Source: a virus (lineage: Duplodnaviria; Caudoviricetes). Taken from it: a stretch of 64,000 nt of DNA. Below the pieces are notes generated by a model that was not told the DNA's origin, made no database searches, and saw only the letters and a program-made list of their open reading frames with translations. This document shows positions 14,383 through 26,536 of the stretch, one piece after another. Within the stretch, counting starts at the first letter, position 1. The number at the start of each line of letters is the position of its first letter. Location: positions 97,413-161,412 of IMG/VR virus record IMGVR_UViG_3300035498_000621. One strand, written 5' to 3'. Position numbers and translations under genes: made by a program.

Positions 14383-14829
14383 TTAACAATACTATTTTCC
14401 TTCGTTAGTATATTTAGTTATTTTATCCTTAAGATATTTATTAACATAAATAGTTTTTATTCTCGGATCTCGTTCTCCATACATATAAAGACCAAGTTCA
14501 TGTCCAGTAAAATTAGAAGCTGTTAAACCTACATCTTTCCATTTACCAGCTTTTTTAAGATTCTTAAAATCTTCACCTCTAACTTTTTTCATGTGTATAT
14601 CACATTTTCTTTTACCAGTAGGTAACTAAAAAGTTATGTTATTATCTATTACATCCTCTAAAACAATTTTAACACATTCCCTAAAAATTTTTTTTGCTAG
14701 TTTATCTCGATGTGGATTATTATTAATTTTCTAACATTCTTTACAAGATATTTCTAGTTTATTACTAGGGAAATTCATAAACATTTCATCCAAATTAAAC
14801 GCGGCTCCAGTAGCCTAAATCATTGCCAT
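14383..14829 (-). CDS. basic protein, possibly IHF/HU-like (148 aa)
   Basis: KLAKKIFRECVKIVL.DVIDNNITFQLP helix/strand pattern; synteny. Confidence 0.55.
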
Positions 14830-14851
14830 TATCGTATAAACTTTTTATATA

Positions 14852-15550
14852 TTATCGTATAAGTTTGTAAGATTTATTGTTCAGTTTTCTATCCCAACAT
14901 GTTTTAACATCAAGAACTTCATCATAATCATTTTGAGTCCATTCATGATCAATTCTAGCCTAATCACATTGTACATTCCATTGCTATTTAAGAGCAGTAG
15001 CCATCTAAACAATTTGTGCATTATTAGTAAGTAGTCCTTCTTTAAATTTACTAACCCATGCACAATAAGTAGCTAATGCTAATGCTTCTTTATCAGTTAT
15101 TTCAGGCAGTCCATTATCATCAAGAACTAATCCTCTATAAAGAATATTAATTTTTCCTCCTCCGTGATTTTCAGTAAAATGTAAAGTATTTCCAACCCTT
15201 TCGTAATTAATAAATTTACCACGAGCATACTAAGGTTGCTAAAAATGTTTTCTTTCTTCTATATACTATTCTGTAGTAAATGAACCATAACGTTCTGTTG
15301 GAGAATCATTATCAACATGTTGAAAATCTTCCCATTCAGAAGTTACTGCTTCTAATATATCACAATTACATGGAAGTTCTAATGATTTCTAGCATGGTTC
15401 TATACATGTACTATATCTATATAATTTACTTCTCTTATTTCCTATTAAATTCCATCCAACTAGGGCTATTTCTTCATAATCTTCTTCTTGTAAATTAATT
15501 CCATACATAGTTTCAAGAAGACTCAATCCGTAGTGAAAATCGTTTAACAT
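14852..15550 (-). CDS. tail tubular/ring protein (232 aa)
   Basis: LELPCNC..LEAV and YRGLVLDDNGLPEITDKEALALATY motifs typical of the crAss Ttub ring protein. Confidence 0.7.
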
Positions 15551-16242
15551 TATCCTTCAGTATATTCTTGATTATTAGGTTTAAGAGGAGCTGCAAGCTA
15601 CCTATAATATCTAAGTTTTTGTTCAGTAAGTCTTTTTTTAATTTCTTGATTTATAAATGATTTATTATCATCTTGTAAATCAGTACAACAACTATAATTT
15701 TCAAGCTATCTAACATCTTTAAATATTGCAGATATAGAAACTGTACTTAACATTGGAGCATTAAAAACAAAACAATCATACATTCCATTTTCATTAGGAG
15801 CTGTATCAATCCATACATATGGTTTATTTTTACCTCTTTTTCTATATTTATGATTTCTATAATTAGATAAAGAAGTATAATATACAAATGGAAGTTGTCT
15901 ATCTGCTGATCCAATGTAATCAATAGATAATGATCCAAAATCATTTACAAGCTAAGGAATTTCAAAATGTGCCGTAGGTGTAGAAAAACATTCATCAACA
16001 TTTTTGCATCTACATCTTTCTAAGTCTTTGCAATCAACAGAAATGCAATTGATTGATATATATAAATCTCTTGCTGGAAGTATTCCTTTAAGAGAGTATT
16101 CTTTCAAAATCTAAAGTCTCATATCTATTATGTCATCTTCTAATTGTTCTAAAGACATAGACATATTAGTATGATAACCACGTAGTCCACTGACTACATC
16201 ATTTCGTATGGCAGATGCCAATTTAGTTATTTGATTATACAT
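15550..16242 (-). CDS. tail ring/adaptor protein (230 aa)
   Basis: Open under code 15 with TAATG overlap; Cys-rich middle; synteny between auxiliary capsid protein and Ttub. Confidence 0.6.
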
Positions 16243-16253
16243 AACAATAAACT

Positions 16254-16285
16254 AAAAAAGGCAAGGCTTTGTGGGCCTCGCCTTT
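16254..16285 (-). terminator. intrinsic terminator after auxiliary capsid gene
   Basis: AAGGCGAGGC-loop-GCCTTGCCTT followed by a T-run. Confidence 0.8.
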
Positions 16286-16319
16286 ATTTAACTTAACAAT
16301 TATTTAAAGTTAGAGTGCC

Positions 16320-17282
16320 TCAATCTTTAGTAGGAATAACTTCCTCCCAAACATCAGCACCTGCTGCGTCTGCGAGTTTCTTAAGAGCAAGCTCTAAATT
16401 AACTTCAGTAGCAAAATCGCCATCTGTAGTAGTATCAAATCCTTCGGCACCATCAATACCAGTTTCAGTTAGAAGTGCATCATTTACATAGAATACACTA
16501 GTTGTAACAGATTTAACTTGATGTCCTACAGCATTTAGTCCAAGAGGACCACGATTTGTGCAATAGTGAATAGTGAATTGAGTATAATGAGCACCAGGAA
16601 CAGGCATTTCATCCTGTTTAGGAGCAAATGCTTGAGTATGAGCATCTGTAGGAAGTTTAATATTTCTAAGAACCCATCCATAAGTTCCAAAGCCTTCTTG
16701 TCCTTCTTCTACTACATCAACTACACCATCAATTTCTTCCCATGCATTAGCAAATGGTTCTGCACCATCTACATATTTTTCTAATTTAACAACATGGAAA
16801 CGCTGGAATTCAGAAACAGCAGTTAGAACTAATTTAGTTCCACTAACAGTAGCTTTTACTACTTCTTTTTCAAATACTAGCAAACCATACTTTTTAATAA
16901 CTTTAATAGCATTTTTCAAAGTATCGGTAGCATTTCCAAGCCAAGGAATTTCTACAGTAAATGGACGTCCTTTGAATTGAGTATCATTTGCATAATAAGA
17001 GCTTTGATCAGCTTGAGTAAGACGAATATAAATAGAAAGTCTTAGTGTATCTCCTTTAGTAAGACCTGTAATGGCATTAAAATCAATTTCTACTTGTGCC
17101 AATTTTGGTTCAGTATAAGGTGCTTTATAGATCTTAGTAACATTGGGGGCTTTAAAATTATTTACTCCTTTAATATGAAGAGTAACATTGCCATCTTTGT
17201 CTTTACCTAATGACCACAATGCTTTATCAGTACTGAAGTCAAAATTACTATTTACTACGTGAGTTGTTGTAAAATTAAACAT
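16320..17282 (-). CDS. auxiliary capsid protein (320 aa)
   Basis: TAG-free ORF with codon usage like the major capsid gene, followed by a terminator; size and position fit the crAss auxiliary capsid gene. Confidence 0.65.
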   Translation of the reverse strand: MFNFTTTHVVNSNFDFSTDKALWSLGKDKDGNVTLHIKGVNNFKAPNVTKIYKAPYTEPKLAQVEIDFNAITGLTKGDTLRLSIYIRLTQADQSSYYANDTQFKGRPFTVEIPWLGNATDTLKNAIKVIKKYGLLVFEKEVVKATVSGTKLVLTAVSEFQRFHVVKLEKYVDGAEPFANAWEEIDGVVDVVEEGQEGFGTYGWVLRNIKLPTDAHTQAFAPKQDEMPVPGAHYTQFTIHYCTNRGPLGLNAVGHQVKSVTTSVFYVNDALLTETGIDGAEGFDTTTDGDFATEVNLELALKKLADAAGADVWEEVIPTKD

Positions 17283-17294
17283 AATTAATTAAAT

Positions 17295-18362
17295 TTATTT
17301 ACTCGCCTTTGCGGTCGAGGTTGTTTGTGTCTATTGCTGAGTTGGATTTACAATAGACTGTGTAACTGGAATATGTGTCTGTAGTCGTGGATCAGCTGTG
17401 TTTTCCATAACCAAATGTACCAACTCATTTATAATCTCTTGACATACATAATCAGGAAATTCCATGATTTGTGATGTATCCTCTGTAAGGTCAACTTGTT
17501 CTTGTGTAAGTCTAATTGTCTAAGGAGCTTTAATATAATCAATAAATACTCTTTGTAATTCAAATACTGTATTATCTTTTCCGTAACGTATTTCACATCT
17601 AACTTTAGTTGGATTAGCATATCTCAATGCAGCAACTGTAGAATCTTGTAATGATACATCAAAATCATCACCATCACGATTCATAAGTGTAACTGTTCTC
17701 GGATATTCTGATTGACCAAGAACATCACCATCATTAGTATATGCCTAATCAGTACCAACATTATTAGTATATTTATTATCGGTATTATTTTTATTATCTA
17801 ATAAATAAGTAGTTTCTTGATATTCATTAGTTGGAAGATCAGACTACTAATTTATATTATGAATATAATAATAAGGACGTTCAGGAAGAGGTCTATTATA
17901 ATAATCATTAACTATTATAGACCATGTATCAGCAGTTAAACGTTTAGCAGCAAACTAAACATAATCATCTTTATTATAGCATTTATAATTCTTTTTTAAT
18001 TTATAAATACATATACAATTCAACATATGTAAATAATCATCAGGTAAATTAACTTCATATGTTGCTCCAAATAATTTAGCATTACCAGCGCCCCATTTAT
18101 CAATATTATTATTAGAAATTGCTGTATAATGATTTAAAATTGTGTCAACAGAAGTTTGTGTAACTGGCAATATAGTTGTTGCTTTTAATACCCTGAGATC
18201 ATCAGTAGTTTGCTGATTAATATCATAGATATTATAACGTTTATTTATATATTGATTAATAGCTTTATTGAAAAAATAATTAAAATCCTACAGAAGCATG
18301 CTAGGAGCATTAACTTTACTTAATTCAGTTAATAACCCTTCAAAAACTTGTCTAGCGGTCAC
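17295..18362 (-). CDS. tail ring protein (crAss gene 74-like, 355 aa)
   Basis: GTG start; MTARQVFEGLLTELSKV...FNYFFNKA...LPDDYLH...IDYIKAP...EFPDYVCQEIINELV. Confidence 0.7.
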
Positions 18363-18402
18363 GTTATAATAATTTTTCTTTTATAATTATATTATCTAGT
18401 CA

Positions 18403-19266
18403 TTATTCAACAGTTTCTGTAACCGAATAATCTGGATAAGTATCTTTTTCTATTTGTTCGACTAATTTTTTATTTTTTGGGTCTTTCATCCAAGCTACTA
18501 CTGCATCATCGGTTGAACCTAGAATAACATCTCCGAAATAATAAATTCCTTTTTTAAGAGTAATTACATATTTCTTTTTAGCATTAATAAATAGAATACG
18601 AGTAGTAGTATCTCCTCCAGTATATAGACTAATAATTTTGTCTGGATCCTTTTCTGCTGTTCTAATCAAAAAATCAATAACATCATTAATATTTTGATTA
18701 AACATATCTTTACCAAGAATCAAAGCCATATTTCTTTGTCCTTCTGCTCCACGTTCATCATCATAAATATAACTCATAGCTCTATGTTGCAATTGCTTTC
18801 TAGAAACTCTACGAGCGGCATCAAGACCAGGACGATCAATATAAAGTTCTGCAACGCCATTACGACCAGGATTATTACTTTTTGGTTTAATGCCATCAAT
18901 AATAAAATTACCTTTACTATCACGAGCATCACGACTTTTTGCAATTAACTTACAATTTTTAATACATTCCCATTCGGCTTTATCATATGGATTTGTTAAA
19001 TCATATTTTTTACCAGACATAACAACAAACATATGATCTTCTGGAAAAAATACAGCTCTACCTTCTGCATAGTCATTTCTTTCTCGTTCACTCATAATCA
19101 TTTCACCAGAAGGATTAACTTTTTTTACACAAGGTGGAAATAGTCCAGTTTTAGGATCTCTACATGGTTGTATATAATATTTCATAGTTGAAACTTTATC
19201 ATATACACTTCTTAAAATAATTACATCGTCTCTATAAACATTTTCAGATTTAGTTGTCTTTCCCAT
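18403..19266 (-). CDS. conserved capsid-module protein (crAss gene 75-like)
   Basis: 287-aa ORF directly after the major capsid gene; YDLTNPYDKAEW and C-terminal LGST..AVVAWMKDPKN motifs. Confidence 0.7.
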   Translation of the reverse strand: MGKTTKSENVYRDDVIILRSVYDKVSTMKYYIQPCRDPKTGLFPPCVKKVNPSGEMIMSERERNDYAEGRAVFFPEDHMFVVMSGKKYDLTNPYDKAEWECIKNCKLIAKSRDARDSKGNFIIDGIKPKSNNPGRNGVAELYIDRPGLDAARRVSRKQLQHRAMSYIYDDERGAEGQRNMALILGKDMFNQNINDVIDFLIRTAEKDPDKIISLYTGGDTTTRILFINAKKKYVITLKKGIYYFGDVILGSTDDAVVAWMKDPKNKKLVEQIEKDTYPDYSVTETVE

Positions 19267-19289
19267 ATTAGTTCATATTATCATAAAAA

Positions 19290-19324
19290 ATTTAATAAGG
19301 GGAGGGTTTTACGGCTCCCCTTAT
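19290..19324 (-). terminator. terminator-like hairpin after major capsid gene
   Basis: ATAAGGGGAG/CTCCCCTTAT inverted repeat. Confidence 0.65.
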
Positions 19325-19358
19325 CTAATCTGCATCAACTTATTATTTTTAATTTTTA

Positions 19359-20786
19359 TTAGGCTTCCATAATGATAAAGCTGCGGAATGGAGCAAATAC
19401 AGCTACACCAGCAGTTGACATCATTACCATCTTAGAACCTGCAACATTAGTAGAAACATTACCACTAGATTTACCGTCTTCTCCTTGAACACCGATAATC
19501 TTATTAGTAGTAAATTCTTTACCAGTTAAAGTAAATTTACCAATAGCAGGAACATTATTAGTTTTATCTCCAGTAAGATCAAGGCATAGAGCATAACCTT
19601 TATTGCCATATTCACGAGTCAAAGCTTTATCAGGAATAAAAGTAATAGTATTACCTCCCATTTCATAGCTATTGAAAGTAGCGCCAACTTTAATGTAGCC
19701 ACCTTCGCCTTTATTAGCACTCTTAGAATAGAAACAAGTATTATCAGTCTTAAGAGCCATTAGATACTGACCAAGAGTAGATTGAATATCATTCCAGAAT
19801 TTTTGTGTGCAAATAACAGTATAATGATTACCAGTAAGTTCTTGAGATTTTTCTGCCATTTCAGCAAATACTCTATTAAGAAGAGATACTGTAATTTTGT
19901 TATTATAAACATATTTAGAAGCAAATGCTTCAACTTGAGGAATAACACCATCGCCAATTACAATTTGACGACTAGTATCAGGATCGCTAATGGTAGCGCG
20001 CATGTTAACGTCTACATTACCTTTATTACACAACAAACCTGTGTTCATTCCATACATGAACGATTCCATCAATTCCTTTTCTTTCTTAAGCATCTTAAAG
20101 ACACCTTCTGATTTAGAAGCATCTTTATTATCAGAAATAGAAAGGAACATATTTTCTTGAGCAGCATATAAAGAAGACCAAGAAATATCAGCACGGAAAG
20201 TAGTCATAGCGTTTCTATGTTTTTCCCAGCTTGACATAAATTTACTATAACCTTCTTCAGACAATTCAGGCACTGCCATAGATTTCCAAGTAGTAGTCAT
20301 TCCAGGTTCACAAGCTTCATCATCAAGAATAGATGAATAATCATTATCAATAAGTCTAACTTGTACTTCCCAGTAATCATCACGCTTACGAATTGGATGA
20401 CTTAATACTTGACATTGCTGTCTGCTACCATCAATCATGAAAATATCATATTTTTGATAGTAATTTTCTTTAAATGCCATAGTAATTTCATTGCCATTTT
20501 CACCAAGTTCAGTTGGTTTTTCAGCAAATTCAATTTTCTTAACTTCACCATTATCAATTTCCCATTCATAGAATAGAGAATTAATTGTTTGATATTTACC
20601 AACGTTAGCATCATTATAAAAAATGTTTCTCAAACCATCAGTAATGAAGTTAATAGTATTTTGAGAGTAGAGACGAGCTACTACACCAAAACGATATGGT
20701 TTAGCACCAAGATAAGTAGACCAATCTTCATAGGTCTTAGTGTTTCCCATTGTAGGGATCTTAGATGTAAAATTCGCAACTAACAT
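19359..20786 (-). CDS. major capsid protein (475 aa)
   Basis: crAss capsid motifs (ELSEEGYSK...EKHRN.MT.FR; DPDT.R.I..GDGVIPQVE; GATFNSYE.GGN.ITF); no TAG; follows the scaffold gene. Confidence 0.9.
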   Translation of the reverse strand: MLVANFTSKIPTMGNTKTYEDWSTYLGAKPYRFGVVARLYSQNTINFITDGLRNIFYNDANVGKYQTINSLFYEWEIDNGEVKKIEFAEKPTELGENGNEITMAFKENYYQKYDIFMIDGSRQQCQVLSHPIRKRDDYWEVQVRLIDNDYSSILDDEACEPGMTTTWKSMAVPELSEEGYSKFMSSWEKHRNAMTTFRADISWSSLYAAQENMFLSISDNKDASKSEGVFKMLKKEKELMESFMYGMNTGLLCNKGNVDVNMRATISDPDTSRQIVIGDGVIPQVEAFASKYVYNNKITVSLLNRVFAEMAEKSQELTGNHYTVICTQKFWNDIQSTLGQYLMALKTDNTCFYSKSANKGEGGYIKVGATFNSYEMGGNTITFIPDKALTREYGNKGYALCLDLTGDKTNNVPAIGKFTLTGKEFTTNKIIGVQGEDGKSSGNVSTNVAGSKMVMMSTAGVAVFAPFRSFIIMEA

Positions 20787-20799
20787 ATTTATTCTTTAA

Positions 20800-21879
20800 T
20801 TAAATATCATCTAAATCATCAAACATTTGTGATGCTTTAGAATTATTAGGTTTTTGTATATTTTTGTGTACAACTTTTGGAGCATCTTTTGCTTTCGCAA
20901 TTCCTTTCTTATATCCTTCTTCTCTAGCTTTAGTAATCTCTTTATTGTAATAGTCTTCAATATCTCTTATAGTTTGCTCTCCATTCAATGCAAACCAAGC
21001 CATTCTAACTAATACGTCTGGATCATTTAAAGCTTTTCCGAAATAACTATTACCAGCAGCATCGAATCCAGTTATGAATTCATACAATTCTTGCATATCC
21101 TCTCCTGTCATGTCCAATTTTCCACCAGCCAATTCAGTAAAATTAGATACAGAATTTTCTATGGTATTAGCAAATCTTTGGAATTGTTCTTGAGCCTGTT
21201 GCTGTCTTTGAAATTGTTCTTGATATAAAATATCATTTTCTTTATTTTGATATTCAGTACGCATGGCCCCAATCTGCTTCTTAAATAAGGTTTCATTTTG
21301 TTTAGCCTTATCAAGAGCTTCAAAAGCTTCTTCCTCAGTTATATCTTGAGTCTTGCTAAGTAAATCCATTACAAACAATTCATCATCACTAATCTCATCA
21401 ACTCTATATGTTGGATTAGCATTTTGAGCTTGTTGCAGATAATTATTTAATGTGGACTATTGAATAGCCTACATATATTCATTAGGACTCAAATTACTAC
21501 GTCTAATCGCATTGATTAGTTCTATCTCAGAATCATCTAAATCAGTTTCTGGTGTTTTTGTCGATGAATTAAGAACATTAAGTTTGTCTTTATTTGACAA
21601 AGAATCCCAATCAACTTCTCCTATCTATCCATCCTCATCTTCGAATTTAATTTTTGACTTATCTTCTATCCCTCTAGCTTTTAGAAGCGATTGAATGATG
21701 TCATCATCTTCTTGTTCTTGATCAGAATGTGAATCCTAAGTATCATCTAGACCCTACTCCTCAAATTGATATTCTTCTTTTAGAGTAGAATCTGAGTTAT
21801 CTTGAGTTGTGGTGTCATTCACATTTGCGGAAGAATAATTATCTTCCATAAAGTCTAAATCATCATTTTCCATTTCCAT
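20800..21879 (-). CDS. acidic scaffolding-like protein (crAss gene 77-like, 359 aa)
   Basis: Highly acidic N-terminus, coiled C-terminus, directly upstream of the major capsid gene; in frame through several TAGs. Confidence 0.7.
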
Positions 21880-21904
21880 AAATACATTTTATTAAAGTTA
21901 TATG

Positions 21905-21936
21905 CAAATATAATATTAAATAATAATTAATTGAAA
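21905..21936 (-). promoter_or_regulatory. Bacteroidota primary-sigma promoter for the capsid operon
   Basis: TATATTTG (-7 TAnnTTTG) with TTTC 20 bp upstream (-33 TTTG, one mismatch). Confidence 0.55.
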
Positions 21937-22017
21937 TTATTATCATATTTATTTGTAATATCAATTTATATATTATTTTATTTATTTTTTAAATAATTAA
22001 CTATTTAAAATATATTA

Positions 22018-24216
22018 TTAAAATTCTTTAACTTCAAAATTTTTAGTAGAATCATCATAAGTTCCACTTACATAATAAGATTTATCAGAAGAATAGCTTA
22101 TATTTGTGTATTTCATTTTAAGTAATTTTATATTAATTTGAGGAATACAACGTGAAATTATTATATTATCCTAATCTATATTAGAATCAGGAGTATCCAT
22201 TAAATATTCATCATCTATTCCTTCAGGCTAATCAGTACGTACACAAGTTCCTACAGTAAACTATATATTTCCATTTGTAGAATAACTATTTGCTGAAGTT
22301 TGAAAATATAAGTCTACATTCACCTAATTAATATTATTAGATTTAGATATAGAAACATTTGCAGATCCATTAAATAAAACATTTCCCATATTTCTTATAT
22401 AAATAGGAAATGATGAAATATTCCAACCTACTTCATCTGAATAAAATGATTTTCTAATTTGAAGAGAATCATTATCAAATATTCCATTATAAATATAATC
22501 TCTCCAAAGCATTTCAAACCATAATTTACATTCCCATGGTTTTGTTTCCCATAATTTAGGAGATGACCAAAAATTAGCTGTAGAATATTTTGTTTTTTCT
22601 TCTTTATATTTAACACCTTCTAAATTTACATCAATACTACATGTTTTATCAGATGTATTATTTTTAAATCCCCAATATATATTATTATGCGATGCATTTA
22701 AACATGTATTTCTATCTTTATTAAAATCATTAATAGATGTTAATTCAATAGTACGATCATAGAATAAATCTATTACTCTATATCCAGTTCCATTTAATAA
22801 ACTTTCCCAATAACTAATTGTAGCATTAGATTTTAATTCAGTATCACAACGCCATATATAATAAAATCCATCAACATATGGAACATTATTTGTATCAATA
22901 TCTGATAATGTTAACATTTGTTCATATAAATCAGCGGGATATCTCTATTCTCCATTATTATTAGCAAGATAATTAATTGTAGGTTCTATATATCCAGATA
23001 AAATTAATTTATTTTTCTAATATCCGCAGACATAACCAGCAGGATAATAACAAGCTGATGTTCCATCTTCATATATAGTTCTGCTTATATCAGAAGATGC
23101 AAAATATTTATAATATTCTCCTTCATCAATTATATGAAATTCTTTAACTAAAGTCCAATTTCCAAGACCATCTGAATACCAAAGATAACCATCATCATTA
23201 CTAGTACAACTATCAATATCAGAACCAAGATATTGTGGAGAACTAGGCAATAAATTTCCATCATCGTCGGATTCATTAGTAGCTGAATAATAATATCCAA
23301 TTTTCTAATTACCAGATGATGCTGTTTCTACATTTAATCCATCTCTTACTACTAATTTATCAATTTCTAATATTGATTTATTATTTAATAAATATAATTT
23401 AAATCCAGATCTATCTGTAGCATTTGGAGATTTAAATGAATTAGATATAATATCAACATTTGATAACAATTCATGATCATCAATTGTAATTATATTATCA
23501 TCATTAACATTAAATTTAGTTCCATAAATAGTATCAATATTTAAATAATTATCTTCAGAATATAAATAGACTGAATCAAAAGTTAAAGAATTGCCAATTC
23601 CAGTACCTTGAATAAATAAAGAACCATCCACTGGATTAGAATTAGCAATTATAAATTTAGAAGTAAATGGATTAGGAAAATCAGTGGTAAATTCAGATAA
23701 TTCTCCATTATTTACTATATATAATTTTTTAGTTGATTCTATATATACAATTCCATACTAAATACTAGAATTAAAAGATTCAACATCATCATATATAAAT
23801 CCAATATTTTTTAATGCTGTTAATTTCTAATCACTAGTAGTATCTTGTATATCTAAAAAAGAAACATAAGTATTTCCAGATTCACCTATTATATTAATTA
23901 TATTTGATCCGGATTTAAGATAAATTGAACCATCATCAAGAACATAAATTCCGTCTTTAGATCCAATTTTATCATAAGTTTTTACTTTAAATAAAAATGA
24001 AGTATCTACATTTAAATCTCCATCTTTAATAATATCTATATATTTATTACCCCACTAAACTTTAACTTGACCTTTTGTTTTTAAAATTAAATCTGAATTA
24101 GAAGTTCCAAGCTAATTATATGATCTTCCAAATAATTGTATATTATTTTTACTTTCTAGCTATTCTATTCTAGATTTTAAAGATTCTATTTCTTTAAGTA
24201 AAGATGATTCTGACAT
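22018..24216 (-). CDS. putative tail fibre/spike protein (732 aa)
   Basis: ORFs 23305-23631, 23017-23250 and 22324-22917 are in frame with ATG 24216; beta-rich, aromatic-rich C-terminus. Confidence 0.55.
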
Positions 24217-24827
24217 TATTTAATATTAGCATATTCAGTTTTTGCATCAAATGATGGACAATCCTTATTAGCAAATTCTCTATGTCCATGAATAGTAGCT
24301 TTTGGATATTTAGATTTAAGCTATTTCAATAATTTAATTAAAGATTCTTTTTGTTTATCAGTTCTTGTGTCTTTAGCTTTTTTATTTGTACTATCCATGC
24401 CACCAATATAACATATTCCAATTGATTTACTATTATGTCCTGTACAATGAGCACCAATTACATTTTCCTATCTTCCAACATTAATTGAACCATCACGATA
24501 AATTACATAATGATATCCAATATCTTTAAAACCTCTAGCTAAATGCCATTCTCTAATTTGAGAAACTGTATAGTCTTTACCTTCTGGAGTAGCTGAACAA
24601 TGAATTATAATTTCAGTAATATTACGAGTATTAGAATTTGCATTTAAACCAAGTGCTTCCCAAGTTTTATCTCCTACTATTCCATCAGCAATTAATCCAT
24701 TGGTTTTCTAAAATTCTTTTACAGCTTCTTCAGTAACTTGTCCAAAAATGCCATCTGCTATACAATTTAATTTTTTCTAAAGAGTTTTTACATCCTCTCC
24801 TTTACTTCCAAGTTTAATAGTAGTCAT
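24216..24827 (-). CDS. endolysin: PG_binding_1 domain plus N-acetylmuramoyl-L-alanine amidase (T7 lysozyme-like), 203 aa, 4 TAGs
   Basis: GSKGEDVKTLQ...DGIFG..T..AVKEFQ..NGL.ADGIVG; IIIHCSAT, DIGYHYVI, GAHC.GHN, GHREF..KDCPSFD; absent from the ORF track. Confidence 0.92.
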
Positions 24828-24886
24828 TTTATATATTTTATTATTTTAATAATCAATTAACAAAAATTTATATTTTAAATATAAAT

Positions 24887-24927
24887 AAAAAGTGCTAGAA
24901 ATCAAAATTAACTTCTAGCACTAAAAA
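24887..24927. terminator. intrinsic terminator closing the accessory cassette
   Basis: AGTGCTAGAA/TTCTAGCACT stem with a T-run on the minus strand. Confidence 0.75.
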
Positions 24928-24934
24928 ATAATAA

Positions 24935-25312
24935 TTATATCATATCCTCCCATTCAATTGGAATTCCAAGTTTAGCAATATCTGAATACCATCTATTAAA
25001 AACTAAATTTGATTCTTTTTCAAATATATCTTTTATAAATAAAATAAAATGTTTTTCATCAATTATACTTGATCCATATAAAACAGATTTACACCAATTT
25101 GCAACATATACAGCGTCATACAATTTAGCATTTGGAATTTCTATTTTATGTGCTTGTAAAAGAATATCAAGTTTTTCTTTAGAATAATCTTGTTTTTCTA
25201 AATTACTACAAGCAAATTCACATAATTTTTTATTAAAATGTTCTCCGTAATATCTTAAGTAATTTATAAACCCTTCTGGTTTAATATCATATTTAGTAAA
25301 ATCATCAGTCAT
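24935..25312 (-). CDS. conserved Bacteroidota-phage hypothetical protein (125 aa)
   Basis: YLRYYGEHFNKKLCEFA...YDAVYVANWCK...FNRWYSD....GIPIEWEDMI; ATG at 25312 preferred over the upstream GTG. Confidence 0.75.
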   Translation of the reverse strand: MTDDFTKYDIKPEGFINYLRYYGEHFNKKLCEFACSNLEKQDYSKEKLDILLQAHKIEIPNAKLYDAVYVANWCKSVLYGSSIIDEKHFILFIKDIFEKESNLVFNRWYSDIAKLGIPIEWEDMI

Positions 25313-25323
25313 AATAATAAAAT

Positions 25324-25359
25324 AAAAAATAGGCGAAAGCTTATAAGAGCCTCCGCCTA
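25324..25359 (-). terminator. intrinsic terminator/attenuator inside the cassette
   Basis: TAGGCGGAGGC...GCTTTCGCCTA followed by a T-run. Confidence 0.7.
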
Positions 25360-25367
25360 CCACTTAA

Positions 25368-25556
25368 TTAATAAACATATCTGCCTTTTCGAGTTCTAAT
25401 TGTTTCAACTTCTTCGTCCTCTCCTTCATCTTCGTCGTACACTTCTGAATGTTCTGCTAACTTTTTTATAAGTTTGCAGGCTAATTTTTTAATTCTATAA
25501 AGATGCTCTATAGTATCTTCATATTGTTCTCCTTTAATTTCAATAAATCCTTTCAT
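25368..25556 (-). CDS. small hypothetical protein (62 aa)
   Basis: ORF track; acidic patch and RKGRY C-terminus. Confidence 0.7.
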   Translation of the reverse strand: MKGFIEIKGEQYEDTIEHLYRIKKLACKLIKKLAEHSEVYDEDEGEDEEVETIRTRKGRYVY

Positions 25557-25564
25557 AATAATAA

Positions 25565-26044
25565 TTAATTACTTTCGTCTTTAGATAGAATAGATATTAG
25601 TTTGTCCATTTTATTTTCTAGACCTCCAATTTTATTTTTTAAATTACTAATATCCTCATCTCTTTCTTTTTCTTTCGCAAATCTAGGATTAAGATTCTTT
25701 AAAATTTCTTCACAAGATTCAATCACTTTTTGATGATACGAAATACTATCTACAATATTCTTACTGTTTGATAACATATTATCAACTTCATTAGACATTA
25801 ATTCTTTAGTTTCAGTTATAGTTACATTGTTATAACTAGCAACTGATAAAGATCCAACAATATTCTAAAAGTCCATTGTCTAATCTCCTACTTTCACATT
25901 AATGTTAACAGTTGATCCATTTACTAAAAAATTATTATTATATGTAGGTTGAGAAACACTAGTTACCTATCCTATTTTAAGAGTCGGATTTTCTCCTTTT
26001 TCTAAAATATATAATATACTACCCTATCGTAAAGCAGAAAACAT
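25565..26044 (-). CDS. conserved hypothetical coiled-coil protein (159 aa)
   Basis: MFSALRQGSIIYIL.K...LNPRFAKEKERDE.I..L; start recovered only with TAG=Gln. Confidence 0.8.
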
Positions 26045-26057
26045 AATTTTAATTTAA

Positions 26058-26522
26058 TTAATTTGTAGCGGTATTAGTAGATTTAGTACTAGATGCAGAT
26101 GAAGTAAATTCCAAAAACCTCATAGTGCCAGTCCGCTTATTTAAATATGCAAATCTTTGAGTATTACTTTCTATATCACAACCTAATACATTATTATCCT
26201 AACTATCTACAATATTTATTGTATTATTACCAGAAGTATCGCTATTAACTGTTGTAGTAGCATTTCCTCTATATGGTATAGCTAAGGTAACTGGAAGATT
26301 TGAACAATCTGATGGAACAGCTTCGTGTACCTATAATAATACTAAACATTCACAAGGAAGTTCATTATATAAATTAGGATTTACTCCATAATCTATACTT
26401 TTATCATTTGTCTATACACTATTAGTATTTAAAACATAAATTCCACCAACATCAAGTCTTTGAATATTAGATCTTTGTGTAAGTATTTCAGGAAAAGTAA
26501 TTACAGGATTATAATTCCACAT
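26058..26522 (-). CDS. hypothetical protein (154 aa)
   Basis: Open under code 15, ATG to TAA, fills the gap in the cassette. Confidence 0.7.
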
Positions 26523-26536
26523 ATTTACCCCCTTTC

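Noticed and set aside
14828-14862. 12-bp direct repeat TTATACGATAAT at the ring/IHF-like gene junction
   Set aside because: Best explained as a local duplication of a TAATG stop-start junction; no att-site or array context
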